A DNA stretch of 64,000 nt from Trichoplax adhaerens (taxonomy: Eukaryota; Animalia; Placozoa), in NCBI RefSeq assembly GCF_000150275.1, contig NW_002060944.1:8518159-8582158 (forward strand), in the 5' to 3' direction. The notes under the pieces were generated by a model. It had not been told where the DNA came from. It did not search any database and saw nothing but the letters and a program-made list of their open reading frames with translations. How positions within the stretch are numbered: the stretch's first letter is position 1; each line of letters begins with the position of its first letter. Of this stretch, positions 31,923-47,100 are shown one piece after another. Position numbers and translations under genes: made by a program.

Positions 31923-34900
31923 AACAAACAAATGATAAAAAAATCTATCTAGTAATATAGTTAGCTCATTTTCATTTGATAATTTCATACCGGTATTGAT
32001 ATATGATCAGTTACACTTTAAGAAAGAATTTAATGATATCTTGAAGATATCAAAACCAAATTAATATTATTACTTTAAAGCAAGCGATAATTAGTATTTT
32101 GGATTATGATTTAACACTAGCTCTTCCCTCTTCCTTCCTACGCACAAAAACCCAAAAATAGTATTGATAATACCGTTCAATAAGGATTTATTTTACAAAA
32201 ATGATCATTTTAGAACTATTCATTTAAATCCATTTCTGATAAGTTTGACAGGTGGATCGCGACCTTTCTAGCACGAATAGCTGCATTATTTATCGTTGCA
32301 CTACGTTTGATTGAACTAAAAGTGAATTACTGCCATATTTCTACTGTACAAGTTGACATTATACGATTGTGGGATGGCATTTTTGTTATAATACTGGTAG
32401 GAGTCTGTATTCTATTGAACAATGCGATATAGAAATTAGCGTCATATTATAGTTCCATTTTCTATGATATTGTTTAGCCTTGCATTCTAATTTTTCACCT
32501 GCTTCCCATTTTTATATTCAATCATTTGACGTTAGAATAACTTGCTATGCTATTGTGATAGCTTGTTATCATTCTTCACTTCAAATACTTATTATTATCA
32601 TAATAAATTAATTCAAAGCAGAAATAATGGAGTTGACTAGTTAAGTTTAAATAAACACTAATGCTAGCTTAATCATATTGATGATATTACCTGCAACAAT
32701 GTAAACTTATCTTTCAGCAAAGTCATAAAAATAAATCTTGCGATGCCTGATGGTAGTACGTTTGATTTAAATTAATAGAAGTAGACTAACAATTTGAGAA
32801 TGCCATCGCATTGAATGGAGTATTGATATCAATGGAGTATCTTGAACTGTCAGTACCATATTATCGAGTCAATAGAGAGTATTTCAGTAGCTTAAAAAAT
32901 GATCGTGATTATAATTTTTGGCGAATGGATGCTTTTAACAAATCATAATCGTTAATAGAATCGGCCAATTCGAACTATTGCGGAATGGCATAGGTGAGAT
33001 TGATCTAATAGTCATTTTTGCACAGCATCGCTGCAATAAGAACAACCAGGAATGATCTAGCTGCCTTCTTTAGATTTCGAAAAAGATTAGAAATGATTTT
33101 TTTACTTATACTCATATGGCATGGTGAATAAGTAGACGACGAAAACAAAGGTAAAATTATATTTCAAATCGACAAATTACATCTACAATAATCTGATATG
33201 ACTTAAAAATAACATGATAAGAACTTTAATATATTATTAGAATTACTTTTTTACAAGAATTAGTTCTTCTACCTAGGACTATTTACATTCATATCTAACC
33301 TAAAAAATGATATATTTAGAAGTTACAATACAAGTAATCTGGCGTTCATATAGAAAAAGAGATGATGCTAATGCATATAATCTTCGTGCCAAAAATAAGA
33401 TGAGAAATAACGCATTTGATTCGACAAATTGGCCATATATTTGGTAACTTGATATCTCTTACTATGCTAAATAGATTTTATAATTATCTTGACTATTACA
33501 TATTACTTGTATATTTAATATCTACAGGATACTATCAATAAATCATTTGGTAGATTTTCGACTGAGCTTCTGAAGAAGCGGCAGCTATGATGAGACTCTA
33601 TCATAACTGCCAGCATTCTGACTAATTATCAGTATTCTGACTTTTAGATGTGGGTCACCTATCCGGCAAATATCTATAGGGTATTAAGAATAAATGGAGA
33701 AGTAATTGTATAGTGTAGAAATGAAAGCTAAACGCGTTAACTAATATGACTTTGAACTAGTTGATTTAAGGATAAAAATCTATCTCCAGCTATGATAAAA
33801 TAGACAAACTTATAATTAAATTCATCACGGTAGCGGCTGAAATCCGAAATGTAACATCATGCGGATAAATCTTATTCTTCTGCTAATGTTGTATTACGAG
33901 TTCGTATTAACGACGATAGAGATTTTCTACGCCATAGCAATTTTACGGCATTGTGTATTGAAGTCTTAGTAATTTATTAGAATGCCCATACAAAGTATCA
34001 ATAATGCTGAAATTTACAAAGAGTAGTAATTTCAAGTAAAAGGAGTCTAGGTAACGAGCAAGAAAATTATGAACTGAAAGTCAAATTGCTAATGTTGTAA
34101 AATTAATGACAGTAGAAGTTTTCTAAGCGATGGCATTTTTAAGACATTGTGATATTGAAAATAAATGAATTCTAAGCTGAATTCTTGTGGTCGAAATACA
34201 AATTGATAGTATACAGACATCTATTCTAATATAAAGGGTGATGAAATTGACTATGAGCAGTAATTTTAAGTGAATTCAGTACTAGATAGCATGCCAGCAA
34301 ATTATGATCTGAACCTCAAATATATTATAATAGTGCATAACAATTTGTGTTAATGCTTACGTAAAAAATATTAGCAAAGAAGTAAGTTCACTTTGAGGTA
34401 ACAAGTTCAAGCTGGTATGTACTAATATATAATATGCGTGAATTACAAACGGAAACCTGATTTATTTAATAAGAATAATGATAATATGAGTAATCACAAT
34501 TGTGGCAATAAATGAATTATGTTGCAAGGCGAAGTAATATTCTAAAATGTAGAATATCAATAATAATATCGGCCTCGAGTAAATTTAGTTCATATTTCTT
34601 CTAATTACCGACAATCTTATATTATTATATGCATTAATTAGCATCAATGAGAAAATAAAATCCACACAACCGTGATCAGAGAATGTTGAAAAATCATCAA
34701 TTCTAGCTTACTATAACTTAAATTACAATCATGATTTGCCATAAAATTGGTGACTACCTGGCAAGTTCGCAATCGAATTTATAATTTGTTTAAATTGAAA
34801 TGATATTAAGCACAGAGCAAAATAGTTATTAAAACGATTTCGATATACAGTATTCAGAAGTGATATCGAGTTAAAGTAGAAGAATATAAATTAAAAGAAA

Positions 34901-35126
34901 TCGTTAACCAAATCATATCCAAATCTATAAAACAAAATTCGTATTAATCATCTAGTCAAGTTTATTACTGTACAAAGCAATAAAATTTGGTAATTAAACC
35001 AAAGCATCAGATATAATTTTCCTTCTAAATATATACTATATATATACACGCCTATATCGATGAATATATAAATATAAATAAGAATAGAAATATAATTATC
35101 ATGCCTAAAAGAACTTTTGTTTTATG

Positions 35127-38100
35127 TTAATCATCCTCTATCGAGCTATTATTATCAAAACCGCTACTGCTACTGCTACTGCTATTACTCAATCTCCTAT
35201 CTAATGCTATGGCTGTCATAGCTGTATATTTAGGATTTTGGTTGATTGAAAATGTTCCATTTTCTTCGTCTTCTACGGTTACAACATGATTTTTAGTTGC
35301 CACTGGAGCAACTTTCTTATCATCTTGTGAATCATCTGATTGCGCTAGACCTACTGGTAATTTTGACGGATATCTCTCGACATAGACTGTATTCGCTTGA
35401 TCCTTGTCTTTCTTTCGCCGACTACGGATGATGTGATTGATTTGGATATAAATCAAAACTGACAGTACAGAGCATAAGACGCTACTAACGCTGCTGACTA
35501 CTACTAATGTAATGATATTTAGTTTAGAATTATCGTCGTTCCTAGCAGAAACAGTTGAATCTGTTGTACCAGATTGAATTTGTTGTTGCTGGCCATCTAA
35601 TGGAAAACATAGATTAAATAAAAGATCTTAATTAACCTTACATATATATATATCAGACAGATAGACAAGATTTTAAAACTACAGCCAATTATTCTACTTT
35701 TTATTGGTCAATAAATGCAAGATTGCATTAACGATGCGGGCCGAAATTAAATCCTTTATACTATCTGCAAAATTATTCATCAACTAAACTGAAATTTATT
35801 GGCATTTGACGATTCCATGCAGTATCTGAAATTTTAGATTGCAGAATCGCGTTTTAAACTAGTTTATTAAGTTTACCTGTATTACTACACTGAGCCATAG
35901 TCGGATAAACTTCACCACAAGTTTGAATCTCCGTTTGGATCACATCGCAGCTTGTACTATTATGACAATTACAATTTCGCGATCGAACTTGGCGATTATT
36001 AATGCAAGCTGACCAAATTGTCCAATCATCGCAAACTTTATCGCTATCAGAATAGCAATCAAATCGATTACAACTCTTGGATTCTCGCATATCATATCCA
36101 CCACATTGATCAGCATCTAAAACTTGATTGGATACTCCATCACGGCATGTTCTAGTTCGAATTTGATTGCCACCACCACATGTTCGACTACATGGCGACC
36201 ATTCCGTCCAACAACTCCAAATTGGAATGACAGCAGCATTCACCACTAATCATTTATTAGTAGTAAACAAATTAGTATCCACATTCATACGTGTATTCAA
36301 ATACTCGTCTATTAATCAATTTGGTCGCTATTTGCGGCAGATTATTTTAATGGTTCGTTATTAAATTAAATTGAAGGCTTTAATTCTCAATCTTTAAAAT
36401 TTTAGTTATATTCATCGGAATGAGTAATTAGGACATATTTATATGACGTTTTTAAGCTTGATGATCAAATCCAATTACGAATAGCTCGATTATTGATATT
36501 CGAGGTATCCGTCATGGGTATGACTCATTTTTATGCAACTATCAACACCTGAATAATTTTCTCTCCTATATTACAATTATAAGAAAATTTTTACCTTCAG
36601 TTGTGCATGGATTCAAGGTGCAGACGACGGTTTCAATCGAATTACCATGGCATGGTTGACCACCGTCGGTGGGAACTGGATTATCGCAGGTTCTATTTCG
36701 AGTGCGGATACCAGTTCCGCATGTACTACTGCATGGTGTCCATGGCTGCCATGATGACCACTGACCATCATTACTTTGAAATTTTTGGCATTGGCCATTA
36801 GCATCGCAATTACGAGATTCTGTTTCCATTTCATTAATTCGCATATCCTTCTCTTTACGTTCTGCTGGTAATCGAGCAAAACAAGTAAATCGGAATCGTC
36901 GTTGCGTAGTGGAATGATTTACGGCTAGCCATGGTGTCCAAACACTCGTTAGCGTTTGCTCTTGGCAATATTGACTCGCAAGGCAGGATTTCTGCTCGAG
37001 ATAGTCACCAGAGCAATCGCGACCACCATATTGTGGCGTTGGATTATTACATTCTCTTTTTCTGGTTGTTACCATGTCATTATCACATTTCTTATTGCAA
37101 GATGCCCAACTAGACCATTCTGACCAAGCTCCGTCGATTGCTAAATGACAGATATGGAAAGAAATTAAGTAAGCCTCTCTACCGTATATCATGCTTTCAA
37201 CACATAATATCAATATACATGTTAGAAATGGAGATCGGAGATGAATTGGAAATGATAGATTGTAGATAGATGCATACCTGGGCAAATAATTTGCTGATTA
37301 CAGGAACGAGTTTCTTCTGTCGTTTTGTCGCAAGGTGGACGACCACAGCTTCTTGTACGTCTCTGAACACCATCAAATCCGCATGATTTTGAGCATGGAG
37401 ACCATTCCGACCATGGTGAATAATTTTGTACACCTTTATAGAATTATTCATCATTAGCAACAACTTTCCACTACTATGGCAGTATTATAGGCTAGCATGA
37501 CATTGTCTGGCTAAAGAAGATGCTATTTTAATGCTAATTTACCTGTGCAATTAACTGCATCGATTTTAACTATTTGCGTTGTACGACAACCTAAGCAATA
37601 TTGCTTTCTACACTGACATTTGCCAAGATCACTCTGATGGCAACTATACCAATTTGTCCAACCCTCTATAAGATAGATGCAACAGCAATGGAAATTTTGT
37701 GTTAGAATCGATTCATTTTAATATGATTAAAACAAAACCTTCAATTCATACCTGAGTCGATCTTGGATGTAGGACACTTGCTTAAATCTTGTATCCAATT
37801 AGAACTAAATTTTGACAGTTATCATTCAGTCCAAAATGGTGATTATTATATATTATGATAATTATAAGTAATTGATTGCTTACAGTGGCGTATATTCGGT
37901 ACATTTGTTGTCCTTAACAGACCACCCGCAGTATGGATCATGAGCTAGAAGGCACTGGCTATAGGACAACATCGAAAGCATACAAATATTTTGTTAGAGG
38001 TATTTCCTTAATTGCATTCTTCCAATACCAGTCTACTTACCTTTGAGTGGCATACCGACCGCATCGATTGATGCCAATTCTTAAAACTTTCGTTTCAGTA

Positions 38101-41100
38101 GTTATGAAGAGATATTTCTAGATTATGAAATGATGTAAGATCAGTATAATCTCTACAATCTCTATCGTAGCTTTATATATATATATAATAAATCGATAAC
38201 TGATTTAGGAAATTCATTTAAAGTTAAGTTAATTATCTTCTTAGCTAAGTCATTCGGTTTACCTCTTTCTTAATAAAGAGCATATTAGTAATTTTCTCTC
38301 CTTTCATAGCCTATTATGATGTGATTATACTTATTTAATCAATCCATGCATCAAAGGGATTCTAATGTGGAGAATAACTATGGAAAATTAATGAGCTAAT
38401 TTTACTTACGGATGAAATTTTAATTTCCTCAATGGTACACAATTTTTGTCGACCGTGTGGTTGATACATTTTAAGTACGGTCCCATGATCTGGTTGATAA
38501 TCATATCATTTAATTTGGTTAGATAATTGCGTCTTTTATAAGTAGAATAGAGACGTTAGTTGGAATTTAATTGCATAATTATGCATCCTCTGATACCTGT
38601 AGCTACAAAAAAAATTTGAACATGTTGTCCACCACGGATTTGAACTTTATCAATCATTAATTTGGAAAATCGAACATCATTCATGACAACCAAAGGTATT
38701 TTTTGTATTGGTTGAACAACTTTTGCCATCGATTGATATTTCATAGCCTGGAAAAGATCACGTTTGGTAGTTCCAGCTGGTTGCCCTCTTGAAATACTGG
38801 TTTCGTATGTTTCACACTAAAGAGAAGAAAGGCAAAGTGAGCAATAGGTGAGAATCAATTTTGTCCAAATTTACACGTTCTGTGCTATCTAAATCTTGAT
38901 GATAGCTTGCATCTTAATTCACTATTTTATATGCTAGATTTAATTGATGTATGATCTATTTTAAGGCTAAATAATTAACTACAGCAGTCCTTTAACCGCT
39001 GCTAACCTTTTCTATATGTCCTGGATTAGTCGCTTTTTGCCATTTGCCATTTTCATCCCGACGAATATAGTCACTGGCGAAGACAGCATTAATAGCTTCA
39101 TCTTTAAATGCGCAAATAGCAGAGCCTGGTAATCCATTACTATATAGCGGTAAGGTTAAAAAATATGAAAATGAATGAATTTTTGTAATTCATTTCTTTA
39201 TGTCGTATTCGATTTAGACTACTTGATTAATGTAACTTGTTCGTAGAATTATAGCACCTACCTTAATGTTGTAAAGACTGCATAAGTGGTTTTAGTATCT
39301 TCCATTCTAAATATGTCTTCTACAATGTGCAAATACAAAGTGATAATATTTTTATTTTTAGCAGGAATAACTTGAAGAATACGAACAGTTTACGATACAT
39401 TTGTACATATTGAATTATTTAGGAGTGAATATTTTAGATCTTATTAATCAGTTCATTTAGATAATAACACTAATTATTACTTGCGACGAGACTTACTGAT
39501 ATTGCGGAAGTAGAAGGGAAATTTACCAGGAAGAGAACAGTTAAGTCTGGCTTTGGCGAAAGTTGTCCATTGGTTACGAAGGATGTATACCCCACCAATA
39601 TCATTCTGTGCATAATTATGATTTAGATTAATAGTTGCTTTTGTAGCTTAATTGATTGAAATTAAGTTACGATATTGATTCAATACTACATGAAGCCGTA
39701 GAAATAGACAAGTACCCTACTTGATGGTTAAATTTTTATAACTTAGGTAATTGTACCATACTATTCATCGCATTTCGCCTAATTTACCTTGCAAATACGA
39801 GCAATACGTGGGTAAACAGCCTAATTATGTAAATCAAGATAGATCGAGGTAGAATTCATATTATTAATGACGCAAAATAAAGAATTTAAGAGCAAGAATT
39901 ACAAGAATAGATTCTTAAGACTAATAATAACTAAAGTAATCTGCATTCCAATAGTATTCAAATTTATAAAACTCTACAAGATTCTCCTCTACGTAGAATT
40001 ATAGCGCAATGATAGACATTTAATTACATTATCTGCTTCTTGAAACTCTTGAATTGTTTCAGAAAACCAAACAAACATGTGATTTAAACTTTCATGAAAG
40101 CCGGCAAATCGTGGGGCTGCAAATTTTAAAATAAGATTGATTAGATCGAGAGATTTGCACAAATTCAAATATTAAGATATTATATTTACAGAAGTAGATG
40201 GGTTGATATTATGGATAAGGGTTTGCATTTGCTTATGTCCCAAAATATACCCAGTAGCACGACACTTATCATTATAATTTAGTATACTAAAGTGACCGAT
40301 TTTAGGCCAAATTATTACCATTAAATATGCATTACACTTGTGTTTAAGTTACTAAAATTCATATTTTGATTGCGTTTACGCTATGCTGTATCTTCATTCA
40401 ATCTGAGGGTATAATCTCTAATTACACTTCATGCCAAATCATGATCATTCTATTCTTACCATTTAACCAAGTCGGACTACTACCGTCCGTATTCAAGGAT
40501 ACTTTTCCACCAAAGCGGCGCTGAATGGTGTAACTTTTCCTATCGATATCATAGACTGTTCCACCATAAAGGCTTCCATCCGCTATTTTTGTAAAATTAA
40601 AAAATATCGATAATTAAAATTAAAGTATATTTTTCTAGAATTCTTTGTCATATATTAAAGGAACAAGAATCATTCAGTATTTTTTTTTAAATTGCCAAGC
40701 AACCGAACTGCTTTTCTCTTAAATTAGTGATAGTTAGATGTGCTTTTACATTTATACCTCATGGTAATGCTATTTTTAATGCCAAGCCTACTTCTGAAAT
40801 TTTGATATTCTATATACTAGATATCAGTAAACCTATTTCATTAAATTTACGCTTCCAAGTGCTACATAAGTAAGCATTACATAATGGAAATGATTTATGA
40901 CTAATAAGTCTACTGATCCGGTTAATATAGCCACATAAACCAATTTATTAACCAATTTTGTGCTAATATTTCATATCAGCATTGGAGACTTTATAATTAT
41001 CCTGCACTATTCATAAATCAATTTCTACAATGTTATTCTACTATTAATTACCGTATGTAATTGAAAGATTTATGCTTACTCTCTAGAGTTGCCAATAAAT

Positions 41101-44100
41101 TTACGTGCTCATTCTAGAAGTAGGATGTAGCTGCTACTATCTTAAAGCTACTTTCTAACCGTAGTAACCCATAATATGTAACAGTGAAATCTTGCTTAAG
41201 GCAAACTGATCAAATTATTCTTATTACCGTAATGCAATCATCAAATCTGGTTTTATATAGTTGCTAATTATAATTATAACAGCTAGTGCTAGTCGGATGG
41301 ATGGACAGAGCCAGTTGCTAATTAAGCGCGAAATAGTTAATTAAGTATTTATAAATTCATCAGTATTAGAATATAGGAAGAGGTAGTCAACCCTTAGCCC
41401 TAATTATGGGTAGTTATGATCGAAGTTTGCTTTTTACATCAGTTTGGTATGTTCGTTTTGTAAGAAGTATAAACTAACTGTCCATGTTTGCCCGATTAAA
41501 AATATAAAATATCGAAAAATTCTGACAGTTAGGTACTATACGCATATGATCGTCATTGTTAATAAGAACCCCTACTGTATTAATTATCCTATTAAACCAG
41601 ATTAACGGATTTTCTTCAGATTAAATTATTACTATTGATGTGGATATGACCATTATCTTATTTAAAATTAGCGATTGCTCTGGTGGATAAATATTTTGAA
41701 CAGTTAGAGGGCGCGTAAATGCTAAATTTACATTTTAATTGTGATTTTAATAGACTAGAAATAGAATGAAACTGTTTCTTTTACTAGACTAATCCTTCTG
41801 ATAGATCTACTAATTTAGCTGATTCATATGAAAATCATGTGATTAAATCGAATTAATAAACGTTTTCGATATTAGAGTTTGAAAATAGTTTGTATTGCTT
41901 AATTTAATTATATTGAGCTGTTTAAATATTCGTAGCGTCGTATCTTCATACCTGAGATGGCATTGATACTTGGTAATGCTGGATTAAAGGAGACTAGACC
42001 ATGTCCATCGTGTGTATGTAATATTTGATGTAAATTGGAGAGCTAAAAAATAATCGGCCAATTAAGAAAACAATTCTATTCAAGATCAAGCAATGCAACG
42101 ATTGACAGCAAGTTGTTAGTTTAATCTGTTAGGGTCGCTAACTATCATTACATTATCATGAAAATAAATTCATTTTGTTGATAGAATACTAGCTAGAACG
42201 TTATTTGCATTAATCGTGTTGATTTAGCATCTAGATCATGGTTACGGTCAGGCTTATTATTTACCTTTCGGATGGTACAATTAGGAGCCAGCGAATAACT
42301 GCCACAGGAATATAGGTTGCGCCCAACGATAGCCAAAAAAGTCACATAATTATTGCATAAATTCTATTAATGATAATTTGAAAAAATTAAATGAAATCCC
42401 TTACAAGTGGTTGATAGTGATGTTAAAGATATCTGTGCTAGATGAACCTAATCATTTTTAAGCTAATCAAGCTTAAAATAATGACGACAGCTTAAGCTTT
42501 TCAACGGAAAAGATATAATCGAATTATGATGGTCCATTTGACAAATGCAGTGATTATAAATGAAGGGCTTATTTATCGCTCGTTATGGAATGTTCGTAGG
42601 AATGATATCATATGCCAATTATGATCATGTATCGAATTTAATTAAAAATAGATTACAAAGGAGAAAGCTACAATGTGAAATATTTGTCAAATTTCATTAT
42701 GCGATCACTTTAATATATGATAGGAGATTGTAGTATGCCGCTGTTGAATCTCTAAATGCTGCCTTTAAAATGTCGAAATTAGTGTGTTTAAGCGTATTTT
42801 AGTAATTGGTAGTTAATAGTTGGACTATAATGATGACCAAAACGGTATAACGGTGCTAAGTAAACAAATGAATTCTATGCCTATCTATCAATAACTTGAT
42901 TATGTATATTATGGCGGGGTCAGCTATGATTTAATTGGATCGAGAGCAGTTGTTACCACGTAAGAAAGTAAACAGCGATGACCTAACGAGGGTAAATATC
43001 AATCTGCCAATGAATTTGATTCTTTTAGATCATTTTTTGACCGATAAAGTCATAGTTTGATCAGAAAAGTAATCATGCTAGTAGGGTACGTCCATTTCAT
43101 CCTTTAAATTCAAATTTATCACGAAAGCGAATGTACTAACTCAACTATCTCTTTATATTTGATTAAAAGTAGGAAAAAGTTACTGATTCAGTTAATTTAC
43201 CAGGAAATCTTTCTTATAGTTATTATGATAGACTATAGAAAGAATAAGAGAAGTTTTTAAGATAGAAATGGTACACCAGATTATCATATTAAATAGATCT
43301 TATTGTTCATCTTCAAGCATCAATACTGAGCTACGGGTTCAATAACAAAAAAACAACCACTTGATGAATAAAGCCAAGATAGAATATCTATGCTCTTCAT
43401 AAATCTGGCATTGAGATTAAAAATAAAAACTACAGAAATTGCTTATTTGCACTTTTCTAAAATACCGGACTAGATGTTGGTTGTAATATGATGGTGTCAA
43501 CAACATCTGGTCCATAGTTTAAGAGAAGTATCAAAAACGATCAAAGCCGAGATTAAGATTGTCATTGTCTGTAGTAGATAGAATGAAGCTAAATTACTCG
43601 GCAATAGATCAAACGGGCGTTGGTTGATGAATAGTTATTGGTCGAATGTATTATTTGTCTTGTCACGCCTTACAGTTTCTCTGCCTTTCTTTTTCATCAA
43701 TCCAATCAAACAAATAGTGCACAGTTGGATAACTTACCACATTAGGTGATGATGATGGTCGGAATTGACATTGGCGCTTTTGCTGTAGCGATGAATTATA
43801 AGGAACAATCTATAGTTCCAGATATGAATTATCAACTATTAGACACACGACCATAACAATAGAATCATCAAGATAAGATGATTGGATTAAACTAGGCAAC
43901 AATACATTGGAATGATGTTGATTGTCGAAAAAGCGTGTATGGAATCTAATCTTAGTTATTCTATCATGCGATTTGAATATTCAAATCATGGGATCCAACA
44001 TTTAAATATATACACATATCTATAAATTTAAATACAACACGCTAAAACTTTATTGACTTTAAGACGACAATAGCCAAACTAAAGTAAGTTATTCATTAGA

Positions 44101-47100
44101 AAGTAATTTTCAAATAGTCTACCTAGAAGATGATTCTTATTCAATTGATTCAGAACTCTTAATAACTTACTTGCAATAAATTTAAGGATTGTTTTCGTAA
44201 GGCAATAATATAATTCCTAAATTATATTGTAAGATAAAAATAAGAATTATCTAAAAGATGTGTTATCAGTCATTAGAAAAGGTACTAGATACAAATAGAT
44301 AGATTCGATTGTCGGATCAAATGATCAAAATAGGAAATATCACTTAATTAGTACGTAGAAAAAATTATTTCCCGTGGAACGTACTTTGCGCCCAGAATAA
44401 TTTGATCATGTGTTGGATCTTCGACGATAGAATAATAACTTGAGACGTAACTTATTTCAAAGCTACTCTTGATGGAATCTATTCGTAACATATTCAAAAA
44501 ACAATATGTCATAGTTAGCTGACGATAATTACATATGCATGATAATCGACAACGTCATTGAGTTGATGACATCTAATATGCTGCTTAATACAGCCATTGA
44601 TAGACAAGGAGAGTCAATACCAATATAAAAACAACTAATTATGTTGATCATGAAAAAATAGTATATACTCCGTTAAGTAAATAAAGTCCTAAACGGCCGG
44701 GAAACCAATTTCTAATTAATTAACCATAGAGTTATGTAATAGTCTAACACCGATGATAAAGATAATAACATAATATCCTAATTAATTAATAGACTTAATT
44801 GGATTGAGCTTACAATTTGAAAAAAATTTGTGAAAGGAAAGGAAAGAAAGTCAATATTCAGTTCATATGTCGTCACCGTTTTCATTTTACTTTACTAAAT
44901 TTTATAGAATATCACCATGATGACAAGGGCTAAATGAGATTGGATTAATTGATATTTTTTCGGAGTAAGCTCGTTTATTGGTTTCTAACTCAATTCAGTT
45001 TCTGTACATTGCCCTACTTTTCATCTTTTTTTATTTAGTTTGATATAGTTAAAATGATTTTAAAGACTTTCTATTCCTTAGTATGTACTACCGAGAATAT
45101 TAATGCAAAGAATAACCCCAACACTCATTTATTTATAGCCAATTTAGATTATACAGTGCAAAAGTAAAGCATACCTTTAGGATACTTTAAAATTATAAAT
45201 CGTCGATAAATTAATACTAATATCTTACTTTATCCCTTATAGCGATTTATATTAGATAGTAAGCTAGAAAGTTTTGTGATAACGAAAAGAATACTTGTAC
45301 ATGTGACATAAACTACCATACCATGTCTGATCGTCACGGTATAGGTGTAAAATAACGACTAATGATTGGGGTCATTGACGATAAAGTAGATACAATTAAT
45401 GCTTTATTCACAATTCTAAACATGGGTACGGAATGCGGTAGCTATGATCGCCCTTAGTCTTTTCCCACTTATAACTTAATAATAATAGACAAATGCCTTA
45501 GATTGTTACTTATGTCTTCATGTCGACAAATGAAGCGTAACTATAATTATCGCTTTGCTTCTATTGCAAACGAATTAATGACACAAAGAATTGAATTGGA
45601 GTACAATTGTGACCTCATTCTGATTTGCTATTTGTAAAATAGTTAAAATTTTAATTTATGATCGTCATGAACAATATCAAATAAATAAGTTAAGATCGTC
45701 TTGAGGATCTCATACGAAGTTTACAAGAAGAGCGTTGAAATAGTTACAACAATTATCAACAATCTTGACTCATCTTTATCTATAACAAATCAATTAAATC
45801 TGGATTGTACTGTATCAGTAGGAATCCAGTCAGCGGGTGATCAACAGGTGGGATAATCAAATTTAGAATGCAACTTGCTCTCATGGCATCCCACTGTTCA
45901 ATTGATTTGCTAACGTGCCGTTGATTAATCAATCTAACGTAGAACGGCTCCTATCAATCATTAATATAAAGTCTGCCGTACACCAGGCACGAGTATACTT
46001 TTAAAAGTAGTAAATAATATCAGACAATTATAAATAAATCCTATTGATATTTTATGCGGTGTTTGTATTCAATAAACTATTAGGAATGAGATTGCACCAT
46101 CACTCCATTTATTTTCCTTAAAATATTCTAACACTATGGCCGTTACTATTCATCAATGGTACGATGCTGTTTACCATTCATACTAGCTAGTTATTGTTAC
46201 TAACTGGTGTAATTAGAAAAAAAAATTGATTAGGTATAGTGCTGTAAATGTAGATTTATAGAAAGCATAAAATAGAGATGAATTTAGGAAACGATATATT
46301 GCAATTTCAGATATAATTCGTGTGTAACTAGATACAAATAAGATTGAATGGACGTCGTAAAGCTTAATGAATGATTGTGACATCGCTGACTTGCTTTTGA
46401 TGGATTAAAATATCTTCACTTGTTATTGTTAAAGTCTGTTATTTAAAAGTATAAAGTTTTGCTTATCTAATCCATGAATTATTATCTTAAATACACTAAC
46501 TTTGTATAGGCTCCTTTTTATTACGATCAACTAACAGTAAAAAAATAAGCGACATCAATTTCAAGAAAGATATACGTAACAAGAGATGTAACCTATATGA
46601 CCTATTACTGATTTCTATCCCCACAACATCATAAAGTATCAAACTATTGATTTTATAATTAAGTTATCGTTGCATGATCTTCCCGATTTAGATTACAATC
46701 TTTCGCGCATTCGTAGAAAACATATTGAATTATAGTGCTGTGGGATGGTTGAAAAAAATATGAAAGGTCTCATTATTAATTATACGATGGCAGAAATGAA
46801 GTAAAGATCACGCGATATAAATTTTAATCTAATTGATATAAGCATGAGAAAGTTGTAGAATAAAAGAATAATTTTTATTGCGTAAAAAAAGAAAACTAAT
46901 AATATCTATCGATCGGAACAGAACAATACAAAACAATTACTAAAACAATAGCAACGACTTGATGAGATAGATAACAATAAAGTCATTCATCTTTATCACC
47001 GAAGTCTTTTATTTGCGTTCTAATCTTTTTAGATAATACATACAAGAGAAGAGTTATACAATTGGGATAGTTATCTTGGCTCAATTCGTTACCAATACAT

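Noticed and set aside
36167-37463. Antisense and alternate-frame ORFs over the TSP1 exons
   Set aside because: Shadows of GC-richer SEMA5 coding exons
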